Shown piece after piece: positions 45,849-58,827 of a stretch of 64,000 bases of DNA (position 1 is the stretch's first letter; each line of letters opens with the position of its first letter). Source of the DNA: Mobula hypostoma (Eukaryota). The stretch covers positions 6,510,001-6,574,000 of the forward strand of contig NC_086097.1 of NCBI RefSeq assembly GCF_963921235.1, given 5' to 3'. The notes under the pieces were generated by a model. That model was not told the origin of the DNA. It did no database searches and saw only the letters and a program-made list of their open reading frames with translations. Made by a program: the position numbers and the translations under genes.

Positions 45849-48800
45849 CTAGAAACATAGAAACCTGGAAAACCTACAGTACAATACACAATGCTGTGCT
45901 GAACATGTCCTTTCCTCAGAAATTACCTAAGATTACCTGTAGCCCTCTATTTTTCTAAGCTCTATTTACCTATCCAGGAGTCTCTTAAAAGACCCTATCG
46001 TATCCGCCTCCACCACTGTTACCAGCAGCCCTTTCCATGCACTCACCACTCTCTGCGTAAAACTTACCCCTGACATCTCCTCTGTACCTACCTCCAAGCA
46101 CCTTAAAACTGTGCCCTCTGGTGTTAGTCATTTCAGTCCTGGGAAAAAGCCACTGACTATCCACACGATCAATACTCCTCAACATCTTATACATCTCTAT
46201 CAGGTCACCTCTCATCCTCTGTAGCTCCAAGGAGAAAAGACTGAGATCACTCAACCTATTCTCATAAGGCATGCTCCCCAATCCAGGCAACATCCTTGTA
46301 AATCTTCTCTGCAGCCCTTCTATAGTTTCCACATCCTTCCTGTAGTGAGGTGACCAGAACTGAGCACAGTTCTCCAGGTGGGGTCTGACCGGGGTCCTAT
46401 ATAGCTGCAACATTACCTCTCAGCTCTTAAACTCAATCCCACGGTAGGTGAAGGCCAATGTTTCGTATGACTTCTTAACCACTGAGTCAACCTACGCAGC
46501 AGCTTTGAGTGTCCAATAGACTCAGACCCCAAGATCCCTCTGATCCTTCACACTGCCAACAGTCTTACCATGAATACTATATTCTGCCATCATATTTGAC
46601 CTACCAAAATGAACCACCTCACACTTATCTGGGTTGAACCCCATCTGCCATTCTCAGCCCAGTTTTGCATCCTATCGATGTCCCGCTGTAACCTCTGACA
46701 GCCCTCCACACTATCCACAACACCCCCAACCTTTGTATCATCAGCAAATTTACTAACCCATCCCCCAACTTCCTCATCTAGGTCATTTATAAAAATCACA
46801 AAGAGAAGGAGTCCCAGACAGATCCCTGAGGCACAACACTGGTCACCAATCTACATGTAGAATATGACTCATTCATAACCACTCTTTGCCTTCTGTGGGC
46901 AAGCCAATTCTGGACCTACAAAGCAAGGTCTCCTTTTATCCCATGCCCCCTTACATTCTCAATAAGCCTTGCATGAGGTACCTTATCAAAAGTCTTGCTG
47001 AAATCCATATACTCTACATCTACTGCTCTACCTTCATCAATGTGTTTAGTTACATCCTCAAAAAGTTCAATCAGGCTCATAAGGCACGACCTGCCTTTGA
47101 CAAACCCATGCTGACTATTCTTAATCATATTATGCCTCTCCAAATCTTCATAAATCCTGCCTCTCAGGATCTTTTCCATCAACTTATCAACCACTGAAGT
47201 AAGACTCACTGGTCTATCATTTCCTGGGCTATCTCTATGCCCTTTCTTGAATAAGTAAACAACATCTACAACCCTCCAATCCTCCAGAAGCTCTCCCATC
47301 TCCACTGATGATGAAAAGATCATTGCTAGAGGCTCAGCAATCTCCTCCCTCACTTCCCACAGTAGCTTGGAGGTACATCTCATCTAGTCCCGGAGACTTA
47401 TCCATTCTGATGTTTTCCAAAAGCTCCAGCACATCCTCTTTATTAATGTCTATATGTTCAAGCTTTCAATTCACTGTAAGTCATTCCTGCAGTCACCAAG
47501 ATCCTTTTTCATAGTGAATACTGAAGCAAAGTATTCATTAGGCCCTCTGCTATCTCCTCCGGTTCCATACCCACTTTTCCACTGTCACACTTGTTTGGTT
47601 TTATTCTCTCACATCTTATCCTCTTGCTCTTCACATACTTGTAGAATGCCTTGGGGTTTTCCTTAATCCTGCTCACCAAGGCCTTCTCACGACCTCTTCT
47701 GGCTCTCCTAATTTCATTCTTTAGCCCCTTCCGGCTAGCCTTATAATCTTATAATTTATAGCCTTATAATTTACCCCAACACTAAGCACATCTTTCCCTC
47801 TCCACCCCTCTCCACTTCCCGCAGGGATCGGTCCCTACGTGACTCCCTGGTCCACACATCCCTCCCCACGGATCTCCCACCCAGCACTTATCCCTGTAAG
47901 CGCAAGTGCTACACCTTATTTTTAATAAACGTCCGCCGCAACAGATAAGATCTCCCGGTAGCCACCCACTTCAACTCTGCTTCCCACTCCCATTCGGATG
48001 TGTCCATACATGGCCTCCTCTACTGCCATGATGAGGCTAAAGTCAGGTTGGAGGAGCAACACCTCATATACTGTCTAGGTAGTCTCCAGCCCCTTGGTAT
48101 GAACATAGAATTCTCCAACTTCCGGTAATTCCCTCCCCCTCCCTTCCTCTATCCCTATTTCACTCTGCCCCCTCCCCCAACTGCCTATCACCTCCCTCAT
48201 GGTTCCGCCTCCTTCTACTACCCATTGTGTTTTCCCCTATTCCTTCTTCACTTTTCGTGCCTATCACCTCCCTGCTTCCCCTCCCCCACCCCTTTATCTT
48301 TCCCCTTACTGGTTTTTCACCTGGAACCTACCGGCCTTCTCCTTCCCACCCTCCTCCCACCTTCTTTATAGGGCCTCCTCCTCTTCCCTCTTCATTCCTA
48401 ACGAAGGGTTCCGACCCGAAACGTCGACCGATCTTTTCCACGGATGCTGCCCGACCTGCTGAGTTCCTCCAGCGTGTTGTGAGTGTAGTCTTATAATCTT
48501 CTAGATCTTTATCATTACCTAGTTTTTTGAACCTTTTGTAAGCTTTTCTTTTCTTCTTGACTAGATTTTCAACACCATTTGTACCACGGTTCCTGTACCT
48601 TACCATCATTTCCCTGTATTATTGGAACGTTTCTATGCAGAACACCACGCAAATGTCCCCTGAACATTTGCCACATTTCTTCCGTACATTTCCCTGAGAA
48701 CATCTGTTTCCAATTTATGCTTCCAAGTTCCTGCCTGATAGCCTCATATTTACCCCCACTCCAATTAAATGGTTTTGTAATTTGTCTGTTTCTATCCCTC

Positions 48801-50424
48801 TCCAATGCTATGGTAAAAGAGATAGACATGACAATCCTATTATTATTATTATACCTTTCCAGAATCTGTCTTCCTATCTGCTCCTCGATGTCCCTGTTAC
48901 TATTGGGCGGTCTATGAAAAACACAGAGAGGAGTTATTGACCCCTTCCTGTTTCTAACTTCCACCCACAGAGACTCAGTAGACAATCCCTCCATGACTAC
49001 CTTCTTTTCTGCAGCCGTGACACTATCTCTGATCAGCAATGCCACGCTCCCACGTCTTCTGCCTCCATCCCTGTCCTTTTTGAGGCATCTAAAGCCTGGC
49101 ACTCTAGGTAACTATTCCTGCCCTGAGCCATTCAAGTCTCTGTAATGGCCACAACATTACAGAGACATTACAGAGCTCCAAGTACTCATCCACGCTCTAA
49201 GCTCATCTGCTTTGTTCGTGATGCTTCTTGCATTAACATAGACAGATCTCAAACCATCAGTCTGAGTGTATCCTTTCTCTAAGCTTTCTCTATTTGTGAG
49301 CCAACTGCCCCTTCCTCCGTCTCTTCAGTTCGGTTCCCAACCTCCAGCAATTCTAGTTTAAATTCTCCCCAGTATCCTTCGCAAACCTCCCTGCCAGGAT
49401 ATTGGTCCCCCTCGGATTCAAGTGCAACCCGTCCTTTTTGTACAGGTCACTCCTGCCCCAGAAGAGGTCCCAAAGATCCAGAAATCTGAATCCCTACCCC
49501 CTGCTCCAATCCCTCAGCCACACATTTATCCTCCACCTCACTCTATTCCTATACCGACTGTCGTGTGGCACAGGTAGTAATCCCGAGATTACTATCTTGG
49601 AGGTCTTGCTTATCAACTTCCTTCCTAACACCCTGTAGTCATTTGCCAGGACTTCTTCCCTTTTCCTACCTATGACGTCGGTACCAATATGTACCACAAC
49701 CTCTGGCAGTTTACCTTCCCACTTCAGGATATCGTGGACGCAATCAGAAACATCCTGGATACTGGCACCTGGGAGGCAAACTACCATCCAAGTTTCTTTC
49801 CTGCATCCACAGAATCACCTGTCTGACCCCCTAACTATAGAGTCCCCTGTTACTGCTGTCTTCTTCCTTTCCCTACCCTTCTGAGCCACAGGGCCAGACT
49901 CTGTGCCAGTGACACAGCCACTGTTGCTTCCCCCAGGTAGGCCGTTTCCTCCAACAGTATTCAAACAGGAGTACTTACTGCTAAGGGAGACAGCCAAAGG
50001 AGTACTCTCTAGTACCTGACCTTCGCCCTTCCCTCTCCTGACAGTTACCCACTTATCGTCTCCTGAGGCTTCGGTGTGACTACTTGCCTATAGCTCCTCC
50101 CTATCACTTCCTCACTTTCCTTGACCAGATGAAGGTCATTGAGCTGCATCTCCAGTTTCCTAACGCTGATCTAAGGAGCTGCAGCTCAATGCACCTTCCG
50201 GGAGTCTGGGAGTCTCCCAGACTAACCACATCTGACACCCAGTACAGAACACTGGCCTCACAGACATACTTCCTGTTTCTATTCCTCACAGATAACTTAC
50301 CTACCTCACCTCATCCTGTTGAACCAAAGCCCTCCTACTCTGACTCTTTCTACTCTGTTGCCTACTCCTCTGATGCCAGCTCTATAAAGCTGTCTTCTTT
50401 TTATTTTGTTCCCGCCGGGCTTAC
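45849..50424 (-). mobile_element. Near full-length CR1 LINE (ORF1 esterase, ORF2 EN-RT), decayed, split by a PLE
   Basis: VVCLPGASIQDVSD..VVVHIGTD (49494-49787), TGDSIVRG (49815-49997), LWVEVRNRKG, MDFSKTFDKVPH, KFADDTKVGG. Confidence 0.95.
47773..48485 (+). mobile_element. Young Penelope-like element inside CR1, internally deleted
   Basis: Near-identical to 26090-26647; TSD-like TAGCCTTATAATCTT (47736-47750) and TAGTCTTATAATCTT (48486-48500); hammerhead core reads CTAACGA. Confidence 0.93.
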
Positions 50425-50839
50425 CTGAGTTCAACCCAGATAAGTGTGAGGTGGTTCATTTTGGTAGGTCAAATATGATGGCAGAATATAGTATTAGTGG
50501 TAAGACTCTTGGCAGTGTTGGGGATCAGAGGGATCTTGGGGTCCGAGTCCATGCACCTGCTCAGTCGTGCCTTGATCATTCTTTGTCCCCTAAAACCACT
50601 TCACTGTTACAACCCACAGGCTAGGCCATTCTAGATGACCTGTAGCATATGATTTTGAATTCTAGTAAAAATCACAATTTCTGCTCAGGAAATTTAGAAG
50701 AGGTATAATATCAGGATGACAGTAGATTACATCAGTGCCAGATAAAATGATATAATCTATACAGCAATGACTGATTGATGGACTAAATCATTGCCAGTGA
50801 CAGTTCATGACTCTTATGAGGTTATGAACCTGTAAAATC

Positions 50840-51190
50840 CCCAAGAAGATATTTTCAGACTGGCAAATGAGGCCAGGTTTGTTTAAGTGGATCAAGATGA
50901 TTTGGAAGCGTTATATGAACCATATGCTAACGAATCCCAAAAGAAAATCTGTTGGAGTCTGACCAATAATCAGATGGGGAAGAAAAAGTGATCAACATAG
51001 CTTTACCAGCGAATGACTCACCATGCAGGAGTTTCCAGACACGGTGATAGCCAAGTTCAAGGATGATGAGTCCAAAATGTGCTCACAGGATGGCGTTGGT
51101 TTCCAACATTTTCAGTCCAAGGTTCTTTCAGAAATCAGAAAAGAAACAAAAATTTTGCTGCTTCATGATCATTTTGCTAAGTATAAGAAC
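50840..51190 (+). pseudogene. Possible pogo/Tigger transposase C-terminal fossil
   Basis: Translates as EDIFRLANEARFV*VDQDDLEALYEPYANE and QEFPDTVIAKFKDDE, resembling the acidic Tigger C-terminus; no TIR found. Confidence 0.45.
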
Positions 51191-51191
51191 A

Positions 51192-51928
51192 TTTGTAGGT
51201 CAAATATGATGACAGAATATAGTATTAATGATAAGACTCTTGGCAGTGTGGAGGATCAGAGGGATCTTTGGGTCCGAGTCCATAGCACACTCAAAGCTGC
51301 TACGCAGGTTGACTCTGTGGTTAAGAAAGCGTACAGTGCATTGGCCTTCATCTACTGGGGATTGAGTTTAGGAGCTGAGAGGAAATGTTGCAGCTATATT
51401 GGACCCTGGTTAGACTCTATACTCAGTTCTGGTTGCCTTACTATAGGAAGGATGTGGAAACCATAGAAAGGGTGCAGAGGAGATTTACAAGGATGTTGCC
51501 TAGATTGGGGAGCATGCCTTATGAGAATAGGTTGAATAAACTTGACCTTTTTTCCTTGGAGCGACGGAGGATGAGAGGTGACCTGACAGAGGTGTATAAG
51601 ATGATGAGAGACATTGTTCGTGAGGATAGTCAAAGGCTTTTCCCAGGGCTGAAATGGCTAGCACGAGAGGGCACAGTTTTAAGGTGATTGGACGTAGGTA
51701 CAAAGATGTCAGGGGTAAGTTCTTACACAGAGAGTGTCGAGTGTGTGGAATGGGCTGCCAGCAATGGTGGTGGAGGCTGGTACAATGGGGTCTTTTATGA
51801 GACTCCTGGACATGGAGTTCAGGAAAATAGAGGGCTATGGGTAACCCTAGGTAATTTCTAAGGTAAGGACATATTCGGCTCAGCATTGTGTATTGTGCTG
51901 TAGGTTTTCTATTTTTCTATGTTTTCTA
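51192..51928 (+). mobile_element. CR1 LINE 3' part, same subfamily as 45849-50424 but opposite strand
   Basis: LQLYWTLVR..RKDVETIERVQRRFTRMLP..SMPYENRL (51385-51687). Confidence 0.9.
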
Positions 51929-53080
51929 TAAGATACAGGAGCACGATTAGGCCATTTGGCCCATCGAGTCTGCTCCGCCATTCAATCATGGCTGATCCTT
52001 TTTTTTTCTCCTCCTCAACCCCATTTCCCAGCCTTCTCCCCGTAACCTTTGATGCCATTTCCAGTTAAGAACCTATCAATCTCTGCCTTAAATACACCCA
52101 ACAACCTGGCCTCCATGGCAGCATGTAGCAACAAATTCCACAAATTCACCACCCTCTGGCTAAAGAAATTTCTCCGCATCTCTGTTTTGAATGGACACCC
52201 TTTATCCTGAGGCTGTGCCCTCTTGTCCTAGACTCTCCCACCATGGGAAACATCCTTTCCACATCTACTCTGTCTTGGCCTCTCAACATTCAAAAGGTTT
52301 CAATGAGAACACCCCTCAACCTTCTAAATTCCGGTGAGTACAGACCAAGAGCCATCAAACGTTCCTCGTATGGTAACCCTTTCATTCCTGGAATCATCTG
52401 TGTGAACTTCCTCTGGACCCTCTCCAATCTCAGTACATCTATTCTAAGATGAGGGGCCCAAAACTGTTCACAATACTCAAGGTGAGGCCTCTCCAGTGCC
52501 TTATAAAGCCTCAGTATCACATCCCTGCTCTCGTATTCTAGACCTCTTGAAATGAATGCTAACATTGCATTTGCCTTCTTTACCACTAACTCAAACTGCA
52601 AGTTAACTTTTAGGGTGTTCTGCACAAGGACTCCCAAGTCCCTTTGCATCTCAGAGTTTTGGATTTTCTCCCCATTTAGAAAATAGTCTGCAGAAGAATG
52701 AAGGGTGGCCTTATAGAAATGTTTTAAATTATGAGAGGTGCAGATAAAGTTGACAGCAGTAGTTTTTATTTTACAGGGAAGGCAAAGCAAAAATTAGGGG
52801 AATAAGTTTAAGGTGAGAGGGGAAAGATCTGGAAGGGATCTGAGGGGCAAACATTTGCACACAGAAGATGGCAAGTATATGGAACAAGCTGCCAAAACAT
52901 GTAGTTGAGGCAATTACAGTAGTTTCATTTAAGAAGCACTCTTATATGTACGTGGAGGTGTGGGGATAATTGGAATATTGACCAAACGTGGGAAATTTGG
53001 ACTAGATGGATGGGAACCATGGTCGGCATGAACTGGTTGGGCCAAATGGTCTGTATCCTGCTGTGTTGCCCTATGACTCT
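51929..53080. mobile_element. Two adjacent CR1 3' parts (51929-52690 minus, 52691-53080 plus)
   Basis: ORF 52290-52790 (QRDLGVLV..LYKALERPHLEYC); separate plus-strand CR1 3' UTR. Confidence 0.85.
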
Positions 53081-54139
53081 GTCAGCAACTGGAATTATCC
53101 TTAGAGAAAAAATTTCAAGTTCAGATGCACAGCTCCAGATTCATCCTCATGCTCATGCCAACTCTGATTCTCATCTCTGTGGGAGGTACGGTAAGGCAAG
53201 GGTTAATGACAACATCCAGGTGAGGATGACTGTGGTGGTGTGTAGTCAAACCCAGACAATGGAGACCTGTGCAGTATGGCCGCTGGAACCAAACTTGCCC
53301 TCAGCAGGCAGATAGGCAGGGGTGACTACCGTAGTGTGCACTCAAGCCAGATGAGTGAGTCTCTGCAGTGAGACTTTTCTAGAAAGATCTTGCTGAAACA
53401 TTGCATCCCTTTACACAGCACATGGTGCCAGAGACAGACAAGATAGGATTAACAGAATGAAGTGAAAAACACCCAACAACTAAGGGACAATTGCATTACT
53501 AACTTCAATATATCATCGGCTGTCAGCTTGAACTTTTGCTTGAAATTAACACCTCTACTGTAAATGGCAATAGATCTTACAAGTAATGAATTAAATCATA
53601 TACAATATACAATAATCAATATCTATAACTGATAAGCCAATTCTGTATAATAGAAAGATTTCTTTCCTGGCCTCAGAACAGTTTGGTGATGGAGGCCATG
53701 CTGTTCTTCTCATGCACAAGTAAAATAAAGTGTGGTGAGTCATAAGAGTGTGCAATTTCTGAGTCCAGATATTTTAGTCATTTTATTGTCGATGAGGACT
53801 CCTCATTCATTGTCACTTTAACATGAGTGAACAGGAATCGAAAGGGAACCATCTGGGCCCTTAAGCCTGCTCTGCCAATCACTCAGACCACGGCAGAACA
53901 AATGGAAACTTTGCAATTCCACACAATCACAGTAATCTTTAATCCCTTGAATAGTAAGAATATATCTCTAAGATTCTGTTTCCGCTCCCCTTTGAGGAAG
54001 AGAATTCCAAGTCATTGTGACTCTATAAGAAAATTAAAAATAAGGTTCATCTCGCTCTTCAATAGGCAAGTCTCCAACTTGGAACAACAATCTCTACAAC
54101 TGGACTCTCCAATAAGAGGACATATCCTCCCTGTCAAGG

Positions 54140-55510
54140 CTGTATCCATGACATTTTGGAGGAGTCTTCATTCAAGGGCATTGGTGTTTCCATACCAGGC
54201 TGTGATGTATACTTATACTTTTATACTTTATACTTTATTGTCGCCAAACAATTGATACTAGAACATACAATCATCATAGCAATATTTGATTCTGCGCTTC
54301 CCGCTCCCTGGATTACAAATCAATAGTAAATATTAAAAGTTTAAATTATAAATCATAAATAGAAAATAGAAAAATGGAAATTAAGGTAGTGCAAAAAAAA
54401 ACAAGTTGCAGGTTTGGATATTTGGAGGGTACGGCCCAGATCCGGGCCAGTCTCCACCACACATCTATAGAAGTCTGTCAAAGATATAGATGTTATGCCA
54501 AAGCTTTGCAGAATTCAAAGGAAGTAGAGGCACTATCATGCTTTCTTTGTAATTACACTTACGTGCTGGGCCTAAGTCAGGACCTCTGAAATGATTACAC
54601 CGAAGAACTAAAAGTGCTGACTCTCCCCCACTCTGATCCCCCATTGAGAATAGGCTTGTGGACCTACAGTAATCAATAATCAACTCACATTGAGTAATAG
54701 CCTATTGTTCTGGCACCACTTGGCCAGATTTTCAATCTCCATCATATATTTCGATTCATCACCACCTTTGATTCAGCCTGTGACAGCGATGCCATCTTCA
54801 AACTTGAATATGGCATTGGAGCTCTGCATAGCCACACAGTCATAAGTGTTAAGCGAGTAGAGCAGGGGATTAAGTACACAGTCTTGTGGTGCATCTGTGT
54901 TGATGGAGATTATGGAGGAGATATTGCCATTCTGAACTGACTGGGGAATGCAAGAGACAAAGTCAAGGATCCAATTGCACAAGAAGGTATTGAGGTCAAG
55001 ATCTTGAAGCTTATTGTTTAGTTTAGAGGGGCTGATAGTATTGAATGCTAAGCTGTGATCGATAAAGGGCATCCTGATGTATGCATCTTTGCTGTCCAGA
55101 TGTTGGGTGAAGAGCCAATCAAATGGTATTCATTGTGGACCTGTTGTGCCGGTAGGCAAATTGGAGCAGATTCAGGTAGCTTGACAGGCAGGAATTGAAA
55201 TGTTTCATCGCTAACCTCTCAAACACTTCATCATTATGGATGTAGGTGCTGCTGGACAATAGTTATTGAAGCAGGTTACAACATTCTTCTCAGGCACTGG
55301 TGTAATTGAAGCCTACTTAAAGCAGTTGGGTACCTCAGGCTGTTGAAGTGAGAGATGAAAGATCTCAGTGAACAGTCTAGCTAGTTGATCAGCACAGATC
55401 TTTAGTACCAGGCCAGGTATGCAGTAGAGGCTGAATGCTTTCCATGGGTTCACCTCCCTGAAGGCTGTTTTCACATCAGCCTTAAAGACTGAGATCATTG
55501 GATCTTCGGG
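54140..55510 (-). mobile_element. Rex1/Babar-type LINE, decayed RT, with a nested Rex tail (about 54205-54447)
   Basis: [18 protein letters not shown] (54773-55072); VNPWKA..LKICADQLARLFTEIFHLSL (55313-55555). Confidence 0.85.
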
Positions 55511-55544
55511 GGTGGTGGGAGTATATGGTGGTTCCTCTATGTTT

Positions 55545-57290
55545 TCAAAGTTCAAAGTTCAAAGCAAATGTCCTTATCAAAGTACATACCGAATATGTCA
55601 CCATATACAAGCCAGAGATTCATTTTCTTGTGGGCATACTCAACAAATCTATAGAATAGTAGCAGTAACAGGATCAATGAAATACCATCCAGCTAGGGTA
55701 TTCAAATAGATTGCAGAAGACAACGAACTGTGCAAATGCAAACATAAATAAATAGCAATAAATAACGAGAATATCAGGTGAAGAGTCGTAAAAGTGAGTC
55801 CGTCGGTTGTGGGAACATTTCAATGATGGGGCAAGTGAAGTTGAGAGAAATTTTGTTCAAAATCCTAATGGTTGAGGGGTATTCTTAAACCTGGTGACCA
55901 AAGTCCTGATGCTCTTATACCTTCTACCTGATGCAGCAGTAGGAAAAGATCATGGCCCGGGTGGTGAGGATCTCTGATGATGGATGCTGCTTTCCTAGAA
56001 CGGTATTTCATGTGGATGTCCTTAAAGGCTGGAAGGACTTTATCCATGACCAAAACCACTGTAGTAGGCTGCATCCGGAATTTTTCCGGGTGGCGGACAA
56101 CTTCCTCCCATACCGTTCTGACGTAGTTGGAATGCGCATATGAGGCAAGTTACAGCAGTAGTTTGCCATTGCCTTCTGCCGAGTGAGTTTTTTTTCAAGG
56201 AGATCACTAGTTCTTAACCCACAGGGATGGAAAGCGTGTTGGGGGGAGCCAGCTGAGTTTGAACTTCGGAACCTCTGCCCCGCAGTCCAGCGCTGATGCC
56301 ACTACGCCACCAGCCGGTTCAAAGCCACCACCTTTTGTAATAATAATAATAAATACATTAATGATCCTGAGTGGGAAATTCTTTTGTTACAGCCGCAACA
56401 TTTAAAAGCACGCTTAGCAGTGTGCGGACTTAATTAATAATAAAGTACAGAATAATAATATGCTCAATAATAATTTACCAAATGTACGATAATTTGCAAT
56501 AATGTGCAATAATAATCTACAAATAATAAAACAAAGGCTGTTTTACTATGATGTGTATTCTCCTGTTGCACGGAGATGAACTGTTGTATATGCTTATTGC
56601 ACATGGAAGGAAAGATTTTCTGTAACGATCCGTATGACGGCAGACCTGAATGACCCTGTTTGAAAGGGGGCTTTGCTGCTTATTCAGTAGGTCATGGAGA
56701 GGAGGTGCCTGATTGTCCATAATAGATAACAACTTGTTTAGTGACCTCCTCTCCACCACTAACTCAGGTTGTAGCCAAGGACGAATCCAGCCTTTTTTTT
56801 GTTTATTTAGTCTTTTTGCATCACCAGCTCCAATGCTGCTCCCCATTCAAATACATCTTCCATTCAAAGGCATTGGTGTTTCTATTCCAGGTCATGATTC
56901 AGTCACTCTCCACCACACGTCTATAGAAGTCTGTCAAAGTTTTATATATCCTGCCAAATCTCGGCAGACTCCAAAAGAGGTAAAGGCGCTGCTGTGCTTT
57001 CTTTACAATTGGGTCCAAGACAAGTCCTCTGAAATAGTAAGACACAGGAATTTAAAGCTTAAAGCTAACACTCTCCAGCTCTGATCCTCCAATGCGGACT
57101 GGCTCATGGATTTCTGGATTCCCTCTCCAGAAGTTTACAACCAGTTCCTTGATCTTGCTGATTTTGAGCACAAGGTTGTTATTATGAAACCACTCAGCCA
57201 GATTTTCAGTCTTCCTTCTCTATGCTGATTCATCACAACCTTTGATTCAGCCCACGGTAGTGGTTCCATCACCAAACTTGAATATGGTTT
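55545..57290 (-). mobile_element. Cluster of Rex1/Babar-type 3' fragments
   Basis: RKAASIIRDPHHPGH (55865-56074); HTDRYRKSFLPCAISIYNS (56517-56846). Confidence 0.75.
56062..56320 (-). mobile_element. tRNA-headed SINE with an RTE/BovB-type GAAGGCAATGGCAAAC segment
   Basis: Reverse complement A-box TGGCGTAGTGG, B-box GTTCAAACT, then GGCAGAAGGCAATGGCAAACTACTGC. Confidence 0.65.
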
Positions 57291-57914
57291 TGATGATCAA
57301 AGCAAGCATAGAAGGTATTGAGCTCATCTGGAAGTGAAGTCTTGTTGTAACCTGTGTTGCTTGGTTTCTTTTTGTATTCAAACCCTGCCACAGTTGCTGA
57401 AGCTCCTTCGTTGATTTAGTCTGGAATTGCCACTTTGCCCATGAGATAGCTTTCCAGTGATGGTACCTGGATCTCCCGCAATGTATTACTGTTTAATGTT
57501 TTAATTTAATGAAGTTGATGTAGTTTGAAGTTTTGGGGTATTTTTGACTAAAATTCTCGAATTCTGGAACATATACAGAACTTTTACACTCAAAATGAGA
57601 GGAAATGCCTTTGCAATTTATGTTTTATTTTATTTAAGAATATGTTTTTCACATTGAATTTCCCTTTTAATTTGTGCAATATCTGTAGTAAATCAATGAA
57701 TTCAAAGAACATTCTTAAATGACCCAATGATTGCATGTAGCAATATTCCAGAATCAGTCAATGCTTCCTTTACATGACGGGCAAATCAGGAGGAATGTGT
57801 CTTTCATAAGGCATTGACACCAAAGTACATTTCTTGTCAATGAGTTCAAGTACACAGAGGAACCACATCCAGATTTTCAAATTCACCACTTAATTGAAAA
57901 AAATGCCTATTCAT

Positions 57915-58212
57915 AATAGCGATTAGTGCAATGCTATTACAGTTCAGGGCTTCATAGTTCAACTCCAGCATGTCTGAAGATACAAGCTTGTACATTCTTT
58001 CCTGTGTGCACGTGCATTTCCTCCAAGTGTGCTGGTTTCCTCCCAGAATCCATAGACGCACTGGTTAGTAGGCTACTCAATCATTGCAAGTTATCCCTTG
58101 ATTAGGCTAGTGTTAAATAGGTGGGTTGCTGGGAGGTGTGGCTTGTTGGCTGGAAGAGCCTTTTCTGCACTAGATCTCTAAATAAACAAAAAAAATCAAA
58201 TAAATAAATAAA
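57915..58212 (+). mobile_element. V-domain SINE
   Basis: GGTTTCCTCCCAGAATCCATAGAC core and (AAAT)n tail. Confidence 0.75.
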
Positions 58213-58827
58213 GTCATTTAATATTTTTAAAAGTGCCTATTCATTCACTCAAAATCAATCTGGGCAGCATGTAATTCCAGACAAAAGAGATTCTGAGGAT
58301 GCTAGAAATCCACAGTGAAGCACCAAAATAATGGAGGAACTCAGCAGATCAGGCAGTGTCTATGGAGAGCCTAGATGCTTGTCTTAAGATCCCATTGCAG
58401 CTGCCTAATTTGTTGAGATCCTCCGGCATTCTGTATGTAATTTTAGAGCCAACTTGAATTATTATATAGTTATGTTCCTGCAGCATAACATCAAATGTCC
58501 CAGTCATGCCGTAGTATTATAGTTTAAATCCATTAAAAGAATGTGATTTAGTAATTAGAATTATAATACTAAAGGATTAAATTCTAAAGACAATGATATT
58601 CCTTGACATTAATTTTCACTAATTGTTTTTCATAGCGCTTATGGATTAGCTTCCAAGGATTTGTGTGTATTCTTGTGTTGATGTTTAGTAATCAGTTGCC
58701 TTTACCATGTGGACGTGCTTGTGTTTAAGAAAGAATTTTATATTGATTCTTGGGGGTGATCCTTTCTTACATTATAAACACAAGAAGATTCTACAGATGC
58801 TGGAAATCCAGAGAAACACACATAAAA

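Noticed and set aside
53141..53229. 9-bp inverted repeat TCATCCTCA/TGAGGATGA resembling the P2 of the 25659 fold
   Set aside because: Could not place P1, P3, L3 or J4/2.
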